Assembly (NCBI GenBank): GCA_028711115.1
Contig: JAQTSV010000001.1
Location: forward strand, 1,432,928 to 1,496,927
Length of the DNA stretch: 64,000 bases
Direction: 5' to 3'
Source of the DNA: Candidatus Omnitrophota bacterium
Lineage (GTDB): Bacteria > Omnitrophota > Gorgyraeia > Velamenicoccales > JABMQK01
This document shows positions 18,760 through 29,067 of this stretch, one piece after another. Below the pieces are notes generated by a model. It saw only the letters and a program-made list of their open reading frames with translations. It had not been told where the DNA came from and searched no databases. Each line of letters opens with the position of its first letter. Within the stretch, counting starts at the first letter, position 1. The translations under genes and the position numbers were made by a program.

Positions 18760-19755
18760 CTATATCCTGAATGCAAAGGCTTCTGAGTCTTTAAAAGGAG
18801 CACAGCGAATATTTTTCTGGGAATCATCGCCATATTGTTTTACTCTTATTTCCAAATCACTTTTGTTTTCATCGCAATACCTGGCAACAATCCGGCAGGA
18901 TTGCTCAATCTGTGCTTCGCCTTGGGGTTCTCCCCTGCCAAGGGCAACCGGGCCTCTTATTTCTTCCTGGGGCTCATAAATCCAGTCACCTTTTTTAGCC
19001 AGGGCGAATAATTGAATGTTTTCTTTCTCATCTCTTCCTACTATTAATTTATGCTGCGGACTCAACCTAAAGTGCCTGCCAATCTTAAGCAGGAAAACAT
19101 TATCTAAAGTAAGTTGATTATGCTTTATGAGGTCATCGACTTTCTTGGCATAGCCCTGGTAAGTCAAAAGACATCCGCCTGCAGGCGTGGAATAATCGCT
19201 TATATCGAACGTTTTTGCTAAAAATATCTGTTCAGTCCTGCCCCTGCCGGATATACCCAATAATTTCCCCCTGTCAATTAAGCCATTTTTCTCCGGCTCT
19301 GTGGCATCCAATACTTTTGCCGATAAAGGCCTGACCAGAATGCCTTCTACGCCGGCTTTTTTCTCAATTAAACCGAGTGTCGGCCTTTTTTGAGACATCG
19401 GCCTCTGGCCTAAAACTTCTCCTGTAACAATAAATTTTGCGCCTGTATTTTCCATCGCTTCTTTTGCTTTTTTAAGCATTAAAATCTTGCAATCAATGCA
19501 GGGATTCATATTTTTTCCGTAACCGTAAGAAGGATTTTTCAATATCTCTAAGAATTCTTCGCCCAGATTAACAACCTTCAATTCTATGCCGAGCTTATTA
19601 GCGGCTCTTTTTACTACGCAATTGCAATTATTATGCGTGCAGGACGAAAAAGGTGTGACACAATTTAATCCGATGACATCTATTCCCTGGTCTAAAATTA
19701 ATTTCGTAGCCAAGACGCTGTCAAGGCCACCCGAGATTAATGATATGGCTTTCAT
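18760..19755 (-). CDS. PP-loop ATP pyrophosphatase, ThiI/MnmA-like (putative tRNA/thio-cofactor sulfurtransferase)
   Basis: 331 aa. N-terminal ISLISGGLDSVLA PP-loop and conserved Cys residues (NPCIDCK). The exact subfamily is not resolved. Confidence 0.5.
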   Translation of the reverse strand: MKAISLISGGLDSVLATKLILDQGIDVIGLNCVTPFSSCTHNNCNCVVKRAANKLGIELKVVNLGEEFLEILKNPSYGYGKNMNPCIDCKILMLKKAKEAMENTGAKFIVTGEVLGQRPMSQKRPTLGLIEKKAGVEGILVRPLSAKVLDATEPEKNGLIDRGKLLGISGRGRTEQIFLAKTFDISDYSTPAGGCLLTYQGYAKKVDDLIKHNQLTLDNVFLLKIGRHFRLSPQHKLIVGRDEKENIQLFALAKKGDWIYEPQEEIRGPVALGRGEPQGEAQIEQSCRIVARYCDENKSDLEIRVKQYGDDSQKNIRCAPFKDSEAFAFRI

Positions 19756-19767
19756 ATTCGGGATATT

Positions 19768-21072
19768 TTAATGATAGGGATAAAAAATATAAAACAATAA
19801 AGACAATGCCGCCAATACCCATCCTCCGGGATGGATTTCTCTGACCCTTCCTGAAATTATCTTAAAGAAAGGATACAAAATAAAACCTGCGGTTATGCCT
19901 ATACCTAAATTATAAGTAAAGCTCATCAGTACTATCGTGCAGAATGAAGGAATTAATTCCGTGTAGTCCTTAAAATTAATCTTTGTAATCGGCTCAATCA
20001 TCAATATTCCCACAACTATCAAAGCCGGCCCGTAGGCAACACTGGGCACGGCGGAAAATAACGGCGCAAAAAATAACGCCAAGAGAAATAATATCGCCGT
20101 TACCACGGCGCTAAAACCGGTCCTTCCTCCTTCTTCTATGCCGGCTGCGGATTCGATAAAAACTCCGGCTGTGGTTGTGCCGCAAACCGCGGCAACCACC
20201 GTAGAAAATGCGTCGCAGAGCATAGGCTTTTCTATCTCGGGTAAATTTCCGTTTTTATCCAGAAATCCTGCCCGCGACGAAACGCCGATCAAAGTCCCCA
20301 TGGTATCCACAAAATCCATTACGAACACCGTAAGTATCACCGAGAAAAATCCCCAATGCAACGCGCCCATAATATCCATTTTGAAAAATATCGGCGCAAT
20401 CGAAGGCGGCATACTTATCAATTTATCCGGCAAAGGACGCAATCCCACCAACACCGAAAGCCCTGTAATAGTAAGCATTCCCAGAAGTATCGCACCTTTT
20501 ACTTTTTTAACCATAAGCGCGGCTATCAAAAGAAAACCTATGATTGCCAGAATTACAGAAGGATCTCTTATATCGCCGACTTTCAAAGGCGCGTCGCTTA
20601 CGCCGATAGAAATAATCCCTGAGCCGTGCAAACCTATAAAAGTTATAAATAATCCTATGCCTACGGCGAAACTGTATTTCAAACTCTGCGGTATGGCGTT
20701 ACCCAGCCAGCTTCTTATCCTGAATAAAGTGAACAAAACAAATAATACTCCGCCGATAAATATTGCGCCCAGCGCTGTCTGCCAGCTATAACCCAATACA
20801 CCAACAACTGTGAAAGCGATAAACGCATTCTCTCCCATATACGGGGCTATGGCAAAAGGCCTGTTGGAGTAAATGCCTATTAAAACTGTCCCCAGGAACG
20901 CTACCAGTATAGTCGCCACCATCGACGGACCAAAAGGAATCCCGGCAAATTCCAATATCTTGGGGTTTACGATGATAATGTAAGCCATCGTCATAAAAGT
21001 CGTGACGCCGGCGATGACTTCTCTTATAAATGTCGTATCGTGTTTTTTGAATTCAAAAAATTCGGCGAGCAT
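19768..21072 (-). CDS. NCS2 family purine (adenine/guanine/hypoxanthine) permease, AzgA/PbuG-like
   Basis: 434 aa. N-terminal FEFKKHDTTFIREVIAGVTTFMTMAYIIIVNP is typical of the family. About 12-13 TM helices. Confidence 0.75.
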   Translation of the reverse strand: MLAEFFEFKKHDTTFIREVIAGVTTFMTMAYIIIVNPKILEFAGIPFGPSMVATILVAFLGTVLIGIYSNRPFAIAPYMGENAFIAFTVVGVLGYSWQTALGAIFIGGVLFVLFTLFRIRSWLGNAIPQSLKYSFAVGIGLFITFIGLHGSGIISIGVSDAPLKVGDIRDPSVILAIIGFLLIAALMVKKVKGAILLGMLTITGLSVLVGLRPLPDKLISMPPSIAPIFFKMDIMGALHWGFFSVILTVFVMDFVDTMGTLIGVSSRAGFLDKNGNLPEIEKPMLCDAFSTVVAAVCGTTTAGVFIESAAGIEEGGRTGFSAVVTAILFLLALFFAPLFSAVPSVAYGPALIVVGILMIEPITKINFKDYTELIPSFCTIVLMSFTYNLGIGITAGFILYPFFKIISGRVREIHPGGWVLAALSLLFYIFYPYH

Positions 21073-21288
21073 AATTTATCTTTCTCGTTCAAACTCAACT
21101 ACCTGTTTATTTTACCAAAAATAAACCAAAAGTAAAAACCTAATTTTAAGGGGAATTTTCCAGAATAGAAGGCAAGATTAATCCCTTGTTTAGACATCAT
21201 AAAAATCTCTTATGATATTTTTGTGATAAACTTCGGGATAAATTCAGCCAACTAACTTATGTTGACTTACGTTCCATAAGTTAGGACT

Positions 21289-23385
21289 TCATTTAAAGAA
21301 ACTGTTTCTTATAACAAACGAGGCAAATACTATGGAGACCATGGACATTAGTTTAATTAAGATATTCAACGACGGACCCGAAGTATCTTTGAAAGGATCG
21401 CCTACTGTGTCACCTACAACGCCGGCTTTATGCGCCGGAGAACCTTTACCGCCGTGATTTCCTTCTTCGATATATTTCTTGGCATTATCCCAGGCGCCGC
21501 CTGAATTCGCCATCATTATCGCCAAAACAAAACCCGCGGCTGTTGCGCCGCATAAAAGCCCTACTTCTGCTTCAACTCCGGCAAGAATGCCTACTAAAAT
21601 CGGCGCGATAATCGCCAAAAGCGACGGAGCAATCATTTCTTTTTGCGCGGCGGCTGTGGCGATGATTACGCAATTTGCGTAATCGGGTTTGGCTTTGCCT
21701 TCCATAAGCCCGATTATTTCTTTAAATTGCCGGCGTACTTCCATAACAATTTTACCAGCTGCTCTTCCCACTGCGCGCATAGTCATGGAGCAGAAGAAAA
21801 ATGGCAGCATTGCTCCGATAAACAAACCCACCAATACGTTCGGCGACATTAAACTCAAATTCATTTCTTTGCCATATAAGAACACCTGATCTTTGTAAGC
21901 GGCAATTAATGCCAAAGCAGTTAGCGCTGCCGAACCAATGGCAAAACCTTTGCCTGTGGCAGCTGTGGTGTTTCCCAATGAATCCAATGCATCAGTTCTC
22001 TTTCTTACTTCGGGTGGTAGATGAGACATTTCGGCGTTTCCGCCGGCATTATCCGCAACCGGACCGTAAGCGTCGGTTGCCAAAGTTATGCCTAAAGTTG
22101 AAAGCATACCAACCGCGGAAATTGATATTCCGTAAATACCCATATTTGGATTAGCTGCGCCGCCTGCCAGAAAATAACTGGCAAGTATGGCAGTGCCTAC
22201 AATTACAACCGGAATCGCCGTAGACATCATACCCACAGCCATTCCTGCGATAATTACAGTTGCCGGGCCGGTCAAAGATTGCTCGGCGATAAAACGCGTG
22301 GGCTTAAAACCGCTGGAGGTATAATACTCGGTAGACAAACCGATTAAAACACCGGCTACCAACCCCACAAGCACCGACCAGTAAACTCCTAAATGTTCTA
22401 CGCCTAAAGTACTCTTTACTAAAAAATAAGAAATCACAGCAACTAAGAAAGAACTTACGAATACGCCTTTTCTTAATGCTGCCAATAATACACTCTGTGA
22501 CGCCTCTTCTCTACTCTTTACAAAAAATGTTCCTATGATCGAAGAAACAACACCCACCGCTGCCATAACCATTGGCACTGTTACGCCTGCTAAACCCAGG
22601 CCCGCAGCCACGCCTAACGCAGAAGTAGCCACGATTGAGCCCACATATGATTCATAAAGGTCAGCTCCCATTCCGGCAACATCGCCCACATTATCTCCCA
22701 CATTATCGGCGATAACAGCGGGGTTGCGCGGATCGTCTTCGGGAATTCCTGCTTCAACTTTGCCGACCAAATCCGCGCCTACATCTGCAGCCTTGGTAAA
22801 AATTCCGCCGCCAACTCTGGCGAATAGTGCCTGAGAACTTGCGCCCATACCAAAACAAAGCATTGTGGAGGTTATAGCGCCAATTTTATCAATTCCCATG
22901 GGCGTAGGATGGCCTGTATAATACCAATTAAGAAAATAATACCAGATACTTAAATCCAATAATCCCAAACCTACGACTACCAAACCCATTACCGCGCCGC
23001 TGGAAAATGCAACGCGCAGCCCGGAATTTAAGCTCTTCATGGCGGCGGCTGCCGTGCGGTTGGAAGATTGCGTAGCAATAGACATTCCGATAAACCCGGA
23101 TAAGCCGGAGAAGAAACCACCGGTTAAAAAAGCAAAAGGCACAAACATAACCAGATAGCCTTTAAACGCCATAAATAACAAAATAAAAAACACGGCTATG
23201 AAGAATATGGCTACGCCTAAATACTGCCTCTTTAAATACGCCTGCGCGCCGATTCGTACTGCCTGGGCAATCTCTCTCATTTTTTCGTTACCCTGGTCTT
23301 TCCTTAATATGGAAAGTGCCAAATATAAAGCAAACCCTAAAGCCAGTATTGAACCTACGGGTGCAAGTAGTAGTGGGTCAAACAT
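21289..23385 (-). CDS. hppA: Membrane-bound ion-translocating pyrophosphatase
   Basis: 698 aa. [26 protein letters not shown] and [17 protein letters not shown] signatures. Confidence 0.9.
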   Translation of the reverse strand: MFDPLLLAPVGSILALGFALYLALSILRKDQGNEKMREIAQAVRIGAQAYLKRQYLGVAIFFIAVFFILLFMAFKGYLVMFVPFAFLTGGFFSGLSGFIGMSIATQSSNRTAAAAMKSLNSGLRVAFSSGAVMGLVVVGLGLLDLSIWYYFLNWYYTGHPTPMGIDKIGAITSTMLCFGMGASSQALFARVGGGIFTKAADVGADLVGKVEAGIPEDDPRNPAVIADNVGDNVGDVAGMGADLYESYVGSIVATSALGVAAGLGLAGVTVPMVMAAVGVVSSIIGTFFVKSREEASQSVLLAALRKGVFVSSFLVAVISYFLVKSTLGVEHLGVYWSVLVGLVAGVLIGLSTEYYTSSGFKPTRFIAEQSLTGPATVIIAGMAVGMMSTAIPVVIVGTAILASYFLAGGAANPNMGIYGISISAVGMLSTLGITLATDAYGPVADNAGGNAEMSHLPPEVRKRTDALDSLGNTTAATGKGFAIGSAALTALALIAAYKDQVFLYGKEMNLSLMSPNVLVGLFIGAMLPFFFCSMTMRAVGRAAGKIVMEVRRQFKEIIGLMEGKAKPDYANCVIIATAAAQKEMIAPSLLAIIAPILVGILAGVEAEVGLLCGATAAGFVLAIMMANSGGAWDNAKKYIEEGNHGGKGSPAHKAGVVGDTVGDPFKDTSGPSLNILIKLMSMVSIVFASFVIRNSFFK

Positions 23386-23484
23386 TTCTTACCTCCATGA
23401 TTTAAACTCAAATACAGTTTAAAGCAAAACAATTGGAGCTATAATAGAATATTTTCTGAGAAAAGTAAAGGAAAATTATGCGGG

Positions 23485-23898
23485 TTAGGTTATTTTAGCC
23501 GAGATAACCAGGCGTATCAATTCATACTTCATATTATTCGTCAGAATATATACCACCTCTTGCACATCCCCATCCATACCGCTATCGTCAAATGTAATCT
23601 CTGCTTCAAATATGCCGCCTTTTTCTACTATTTGGGGCGTAACGCTTAGCTTAACGCAGTCGCAAGTAGAACGGGCATCAGAAATATCTATGGCCTCGGT
23701 TAATTTATTTCTAATCCTGATAACCCTATTGATAATCTGGCCTTTACCTATATTACCTATATTATATTCTAAATTGGAGGTTTCTAAATTTATAACCTCA
23801 TCTTTTGCGGAGTTTTCTTTTTTCTCCTCTGAGTGCAGGATATTAACGCAAAATACCAAAATAAATAAACAGGGCAGGAAGAAAATTAATCTTTTCAT
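23485..23898 (-). CDS. Secreted DUF1573-like protein
   Basis: Start set at MKRLIFFLPCLF (ATG 23896-23898), 2 nt after the upstream TAA. The track start is a GTG inside the upstream gene end. Signal peptide plus a CDC-containing beta-rich domain. Confidence 0.4.
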   Translation of the reverse strand: MKRLIFFLPCLFILVFCVNILHSEEKKENSAKDEVINLETSNLEYNIGNIGKGQIINRVIRIRNKLTEAIDISDARSTCDCVKLSVTPQIVEKGGIFEAEITFDDSGMDGDVQEVVYILTNNMKYELIRLVISAKIT

Positions 23899-23900
23899 AA

Positions 23901-25061
23901 TTATATTTCCCACAGTAAAAATATTCCTAATCCCAGGAATAAAATAAACATCAGTATTTTTATCAATCCTAACTTCTCTTTAAAAAATCCCTCCAACTTT
24001 TTTGAACTCACGCCTAGAACACCCAATAAAAGAATCAATAATAACGGGGCTATAAACATAAAATTATAAAGCAAAAGGTAAGATAATGCTTTGATGCGTA
24101 ACGACGATTCTTTCAGAATAAATATTATTGTAGGTAGATAAACCTGTCCCGTGCAGATAGCTTCCAGCAGAGAGATCAGAAATCCCACGATAAATGTAGC
24201 TGTGATTAAACTCAGCTTGGCAACAGGTTCACCCTGGGGATCCTTACGGTAAAACTTGGCAATAATGGAATTGATGCGCAGCCTCACCGGCTTGGGTAAT
24301 TTTACTTTCAAAGAATCTGTATTTTTAGTTTTATTGTATTCGATAAAATCCCTTAAATTCCCGTAGGCCAAAAGAAAACAGAACGCGGCTATGGCATAAT
24401 ATATGCCTTTAAGAAATGTATAAAAATGTTTCAATTGATATAGGCCTTTAAATAATCCCAGGCCTATGGCCAAGTAGGTTAAAAATACAGATGAAATAAA
24501 TATCAATCCTATAACCGCCAAGTCTCTTTTTCTGTAGCCCATAAGCGTGAGAAAAGAAATAAAAAATATGAGCACGGTAAAGGCGCAGGGGTTTATCCCG
24601 TCGATTAAACCCGCGATAATTACGGTCAGCGGAGAGAAAGAGCGGAATTTCTGCAGAAGATCCTCTTGTGTCACGGGAACGGTAGGTATGACGGGTTTTA
24701 AAATATATTCTTTTAATATGGGCTCCAGGCTGTTTCTTATCTGCCGTGAACCGACTAAAAAGTGATTGCCCACCAATATGGCCGGCACCCGTACTCCTGT
24801 ATTAAAAACCTTGGTTAATGCACTGTAGGATTTAAAAATTTCTTCCTCAGTTATATCTAAATACTCTATCTCTATTTTATCTTTGTATCTGGAAATAATC
24901 CCGGGAATGTATTCTGCCTTTAAGACAATACAGGCCTTGCAGTGGGGTGAATAGAAAAGCTTTAGCTTTACCTTCTCAACAGCGAAAACGCTACTATTGC
25001 AGAAAACAGAGAGAAAAAGAGATAATGCTACGCCAAAAAATAAAAGCCTTCTTTTCATCAT
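23901..25061 (-). CDS. Thioredoxin-like domain fused to CcdA/DsbD-type thiol-disulfide transporter
   Basis: 386 aa. Signal peptide, periplasmic CxxC (SPHCKAC), then 6-8 TM helices with GINPCAF, characteristic of DsbD/CcdA. Confidence 0.6.
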   Translation of the reverse strand: MMKRRLLFFGVALSLFLSVFCNSSVFAVEKVKLKLFYSPHCKACIVLKAEYIPGIISRYKDKIEIEYLDITEEEIFKSYSALTKVFNTGVRVPAILVGNHFLVGSRQIRNSLEPILKEYILKPVIPTVPVTQEDLLQKFRSFSPLTVIIAGLIDGINPCAFTVLIFFISFLTLMGYRKRDLAVIGLIFISSVFLTYLAIGLGLFKGLYQLKHFYTFLKGIYYAIAAFCFLLAYGNLRDFIEYNKTKNTDSLKVKLPKPVRLRINSIIAKFYRKDPQGEPVAKLSLITATFIVGFLISLLEAICTGQVYLPTIIFILKESSLRIKALSYLLLYNFMFIAPLLLILLLGVLGVSSKKLEGFFKEKLGLIKILMFILFLGLGIFLLWEI

Positions 25062-25095
25062 ATACTAGATACGAATAGAAATAATCTATCGAACT

Positions 25096-25176
25096 TTATC
25101 CTAAATTAGGTTTTCTTCCGTGGTTAGCCCTTTTGGAACGCCAGCGTAACTTGCCTCTTCTATGTCTCTTACCCAT
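25096..25176 (-). CDS. Candidate 26-aa highly basic protein, MGKRHRRGKLRWRSKRANHGRKPNLG (resembles ribosomal protein bL37)
   Basis: Below the track cutoff. The minus strand reads GGAGAGGaaaacATG. The ANHG(K/R)(R/K)PN tail matches my recollection of actinobacterial bL37. Confidence 0.35.
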   Translation of the reverse strand: MGKRHRRGKLRWRSKRANHGRKPNLG

Positions 25177-25214
25177 GTTTTCCTCTCCTTGCTAAGTTAG
25201 AAAAATTATTTTTG

Positions 25215-26186
25215 TTATTCTTTTAATACAAGTTTGGTGCTGTAGACTATTTCCTCGATTAAATCCTCCATGGTAAGTATACCTATGGGAGAATTATCTT
25301 TCAATACCACTACCATTGCCTCTTTGTTAGGCTGCATCACAGAAAATACATAATCCAGGCGCTCATCAAAGGCAACAGACCTTAAGGGACGAATAAATCC
25401 GTGCCAATCCTTATCTTTCTCATTATAGAAGATATCGAATATATTAACCACGCCTTTTATATTCTTGCCTTCAAAAACCGGCAGGCGCGTAAAACCAAAA
25501 CTTTTGGATTTCTCCAGTATTTCTTCCTTGGGCTGCTTACAATCAATACATGCCACATTTTTTATGGGGACCATAATATCTGCCGCCTTGGTAAGCGTAA
25601 AATCAAAAATCCTGTCGATAACCTCCCTTTCGTAATCTTCTATTATGCCTTCTTTGGTAACATCGCGGATAATCAACTTAATTTCGTCCTTGGTGAGAAA
25701 AGGGTTTTTCTTTATTGTGCGCGGGCCGATTACATTTAATAAAGATGTTGTGATTACGCTGATTATTGCATTCAAAGGCGAAAATATTTTCTGGCTAAAC
25801 ATTATTAAAGGCGCTATTTTAAGCGAAATCTGGTTTGATTTATTCTGACAAATTGTTTTAGGTACGATTTCTCCAAAAATAAGGATAAACGGCACCATAA
25901 AAAAAGTTGCTATTGTAGACGCATATTGCGGGCTGAATTGAAAAAATAGATTCGTAGCCAAGGCAGAGGCCACAACAACCGCTATATTGGTTCCGACTAA
26001 TGTCGTAGTCAATAACTTATCGGGGCGTTTAAGTATATTGTGTACCAAAAGGGCGGATTTATCCTTTTTCTCGATTAGATGCATAAGTTTCATAAATTTA
26101 ACCGAGGTAAAAGCAGTCTCGCCGCCCGCAAAGAACGCCACAAGCACTACCGATAAAATAATGTAGAGAATATACGCTGCTATCAT
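25215..26186 (-). CDS. CNNM/DUF21 - CBS pair membrane protein (no CorC_HlyC tail)
   Basis: 323 aa. N-terminal DUF21 TM region (GEIVPKT) followed by a CBS pair. Confidence 0.65.
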   Translation of the reverse strand: MIAAYILYIILSVVLVAFFAGGETAFTSVKFMKLMHLIEKKDKSALLVHNILKRPDKLLTTTLVGTNIAVVVASALATNLFFQFSPQYASTIATFFMVPFILIFGEIVPKTICQNKSNQISLKIAPLIMFSQKIFSPLNAIISVITTSLLNVIGPRTIKKNPFLTKDEIKLIIRDVTKEGIIEDYEREVIDRIFDFTLTKAADIMVPIKNVACIDCKQPKEEILEKSKSFGFTRLPVFEGKNIKGVVNIFDIFYNEKDKDWHGFIRPLRSVAFDERLDYVFSVMQPNKEAMVVVLKDNSPIGILTMEDLIEEIVYSTKLVLKE

Positions 26187-27400
26187 AATTTTTCCAGAAT
26201 AATATATTTTATTCTTCTGCCTGCCAATTTTTCGATACGAAAAGAAAGATTTCCCTTTTTGATTGACTCTGCCTCCTGAGGGATATTTTTGAAAAGGAAC
26301 AACATATACCCCGCGATTGTGTCATAATCTCCCGACGGGATATTTGTATCCAATTCATCATTTACGAGGTACACCGGAGTTTTACCGCTTACCCTGAAAG
26401 TTTTATCGTTTATTTTCTCCACAAACTTCTCGGCAGTTTCAAATTCATCGTATATTTCGCCGACTATCTCTTCCAAAATATCCTCAAATGTAACCAAACC
26501 ATAAGTATTGCCGTATTCGTCGACCACGATAGCCACTTTTGAATTCTGTTTCTGGAAATCCTTCAGCAATTCGTCTATCTTCTTGGTGGCGGGAACAAAA
26601 AGAACATTCTTTATCATAGTTTTAAAATCTTTTTCCGGAAAGAAAAATAAATCCTTAGAATACAAAACACCTGTAATGTTATCTCTATTATCTTTATAGA
26701 CGGGTATTTTTGAATGTTTTATATTTTGTAAGAACTTTAATGCCTCTTCCTGGAAACTGTCCAGGGAAAGTGCTTTTATATCCGGACGGGGAGTCATAAT
26801 TTCCTGAACTGATGTCTGCGTAAGCTCCAGGACTGAGCGGATCATTTCTTTTTCGTTCTCTTTGACTACGCCGTGGCGGTGGCTTACCTCAATTACGGAT
26901 TTTAATTCTTCCTGTGTAAGGGTTGGCTCTTTGGTCAAGTGCACGCCTATTGCCTTTATAAACATATCTGATGCACCGTTAAATACAAACCTTAAGGGGA
27001 AAATTATCCTAGTAAATATTTCCAAGGGCCTGGCGATATTATAAGCAAAATCTTCCGGCTTCTTGATAGCGAAAATCTTGGGCGTAATCTCGCCGAAGAT
27101 TAACAAAAGCCCGGTGGCAACGCCTATGGATACAGCCAGACCTTTATCGCCCAGGGTTTTGATTAAGATCGACGTTAATATTGTAGAGAGCGTAATATTT
27201 ACCAGGGTATTGCCCACGAGAATAGTTGTGAGGAACCTCGTGGGATTGGATAAAAGCCCCTGCAGGTACTTCGTATCTTTGTTCTGCTTCTGTATCCTTT
27301 TCAGTTTTATGGAATCCAAAGATACAAGCGCAGTTTCGCTGCCCGAAAAAAGCGCCGAGAAGAATAAAAGTATGGCTAATAAAATAATATCTTGCAACAT
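26183..27400 (-). CDS. CNNM/DUF21 - CBS - CorC_HlyC family divalent-cation efflux/hemolysin-like protein
   Basis: 405 aa. DUF21 (GEITPKI), CBS pair, and a C-terminal CorC/HlyC transporter-associated domain. It overlaps its paralogue by 4 nt. Confidence 0.7.
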   Translation of the reverse strand: MLQDIILLAILLFFSALFSGSETALVSLDSIKLKRIQKQNKDTKYLQGLLSNPTRFLTTILVGNTLVNITLSTILTSILIKTLGDKGLAVSIGVATGLLLIFGEITPKIFAIKKPEDFAYNIARPLEIFTRIIFPLRFVFNGASDMFIKAIGVHLTKEPTLTQEELKSVIEVSHRHGVVKENEKEMIRSVLELTQTSVQEIMTPRPDIKALSLDSFQEEALKFLQNIKHSKIPVYKDNRDNITGVLYSKDLFFFPEKDFKTMIKNVLFVPATKKIDELLKDFQKQNSKVAIVVDEYGNTYGLVTFEDILEEIVGEIYDEFETAEKFVEKINDKTFRVSGKTPVYLVNDELDTNIPSGDYDTIAGYMLFLFKNIPQEAESIKKGNLSFRIEKLAGRRIKYIILEKL

Positions 27401-27402
27401 AG

Positions 27403-28041
27403 TTAAAGGATTTTGAATAATTTGGCTAAATTATTGCTTATAAAATCCGGGTGTTCTTTTCTTAATTCCCATGCATAACTCGATCCCGTGCTGACTGCGA
27501 ATGTTTTTACTCTCGCCCGCTTGCCTGTTTTTACGTCTATGGCCATATCGCCTACATAGAGCGTCTGCGCGCTTGAAGCATCCAGCCTATTCATAATCTT
27601 TTTTAATATGCTGGGGTGAGGCTTGCCGAATTTTATCTGGTCCTTACATAAAATATAATCGAAAAATCTTTTTATGTTCATATGCCTTAGCAATAAATGG
27701 GAAAACTTTTTCGGCCTGTTGCTGGCTACAGCCAATTTGTAGCCTTTTTTATTTAAATAAACCAAAAGCCTTTTTGCATAAGGCATAAACCTGCTTTTTT
27801 CTATTAAGGATTTTCTGTGGTGACGGCGATAAATTTCTAAGGCGAAATCCACATTTTTATTTCCTACAAATGGCGCAAGTAGCGCCTTATCGCCCCAGCC
27901 TACTGCTCTTTTTATTTCAATTGCGCTGCGTTTTTTTATATTCAACTTACGTAAAGTGTAATTTAGGCTGGAGATAATCGCCGGATAACTGTTTATCAGA
28001 GTTCCGTCGATGTCAAAGATAATGAGTTTAAGTTTAGTCAA
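27403..28041 (-). CDS. HAD superfamily hydrolase (phosphoglycolate phosphatase-like)
   Basis: 212 aa. Motif I FDIDGTL, motif II ASN, motif IV GDMAIDV. Confidence 0.7.
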   Translation of the reverse strand: MTKLKLIIFDIDGTLINSYPAIISSLNYTLRKLNIKKRSAIEIKRAVGWGDKALLAPFVGNKNVDFALEIYRRHHRKSLIEKSRFMPYAKRLLVYLNKKGYKLAVASNRPKKFSHLLLRHMNIKRFFDYILCKDQIKFGKPHPSILKKIMNRLDASSAQTLYVGDMAIDVKTGKRARVKTFAVSTGSSYAWELRKEHPDFISNNLAKLFKIL

Positions 28042-28043
28042 TT

Positions 28044-29063
28044 TTATTCAAAGCCTGCAAGGCTTTCGGCAATCTTTATCGTTAATAAATGGATTTTTTT
28101 GGCCGTGTCTTCTCCAAGCGTGCCGCAGCCGCAACTGGGCGTAATAATGGCGCCGTTTTTCAAAAGCAAAGGTTCATTTTTGAGAATCTTCACAGCTTTT
28201 TCTGCGTAACCTTCCAAATTATAATCCTGACGATTGGGCACTATACCCAAAGACAATACCCCGCCTCTCTGAACAAATTTATTCAGACTATCTCTGTAAA
28301 TCAATAAACTGTCCATAAATCCAAAGGCATCAAAACTTAATATATCAATATCTGTCTCTAAGATAATGGACCAGTCGGTATTGCCGCAACAGTGAATCCC
28401 TGCCAGGGCATTTTCTTTATGGATAACGCCTACCACAGAATTTATCTGTGAGATTATCGTGGATTTATCGAAACTGGAAAATTGGTCTGTGCCCACTGCC
28501 ACCAGATAAGGCTCGTCGATAAAAATGATTATTTCTGCCTTTGTCGCTTTTTTAAACTCGTTTATCTGCCACTTCGCCTTAAAACTTAAAAACTGGGGAA
28601 TGATTTCTTTGAGTTCCCTGTTAAATAACAACGGCTTTTTCTTCTCGTCTAATAAAGTCATTCCAAAAGTTATGGGACCAACGACCTGGCCTTTGACGAA
28701 TTTAAGATTTTTCCCGGCAATCTGTTTTATAAATTCATGGAAACCTGCGGCATAATTTTGGCTGATAGCAAAATAATCTGATTGATTAGTGCTGAAGGAA
28801 TTGTAACAGGCTTCGAATTCCTCCACAAAAGAACTTCTTTGTGTGTCGATATAGATATTTTTCCTGGAAAGATCCACGCTCAAGCCGGGAAATTTCTCCG
28901 AAAATTGCACGTGCATACTTTCCAGAAAAGAAGTCTTTGGCAGCTGTGGCCAAAAAGGAATATGGTTCTTAAAATTGCTAAGAATAAACTCCACCGCTTC
29001 CTTTTTGTCCAAAAAAGGCAGACTTCCTATACCGCTAGCTAGTAAATTATTTCTAATATTCAT
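28044..29063 (-). CDS. MetE-like (cobalamin-independent methionine synthase C-terminal / core-MetE-like) protein
   Basis: 339 aa. Candidate Zn-ligand pattern HCCGNTDW ... PSCGCGT near the C-terminus, as in the MetE/URO-D-like TIM barrel family. Confidence 0.4.
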   Translation of the reverse strand: MNIRNNLLASGIGSLPFLDKKEAVEFILSNFKNHIPFWPQLPKTSFLESMHVQFSEKFPGLSVDLSRKNIYIDTQRSSFVEEFEACYNSFSTNQSDYFAISQNYAAGFHEFIKQIAGKNLKFVKGQVVGPITFGMTLLDEKKKPLLFNRELKEIIPQFLSFKAKWQINEFKKATKAEIIIFIDEPYLVAVGTDQFSSFDKSTIISQINSVVGVIHKENALAGIHCCGNTDWSIILETDIDILSFDAFGFMDSLLIYRDSLNKFVQRGGVLSLGIVPNRQDYNLEGYAEKAVKILKNEPLLLKNGAIITPSCGCGTLGEDTAKKIHLLTIKIAESLAGFE

Positions 29064-29067
29064 CGGA

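Noticed and set aside
20138-20791. Long antisense ORFs in the track, such as 20138..20791 (+), 31684..32139 (+), 33169..33669 (+), 3349..3870 (+), 9367..9783 (+), 14077..14466 (+) and 45437..45862 (+).
   Set aside because: All lie fully inside well-supported minus-strand genes. They have low-complexity or biased compositions, no RBS and no recognisable motifs.
21073-21288. A possible purine riboswitch in the 5' leader of the NCS2 purine permease, and a terminator hairpin (TAACTTATG...CATAAGTTA) after hppA.
   Set aside because: I could not find the conserved purine-riboswitch junction sequences. The hairpin has a 13-nt loop and is not followed by a U-run, so neither is supported.
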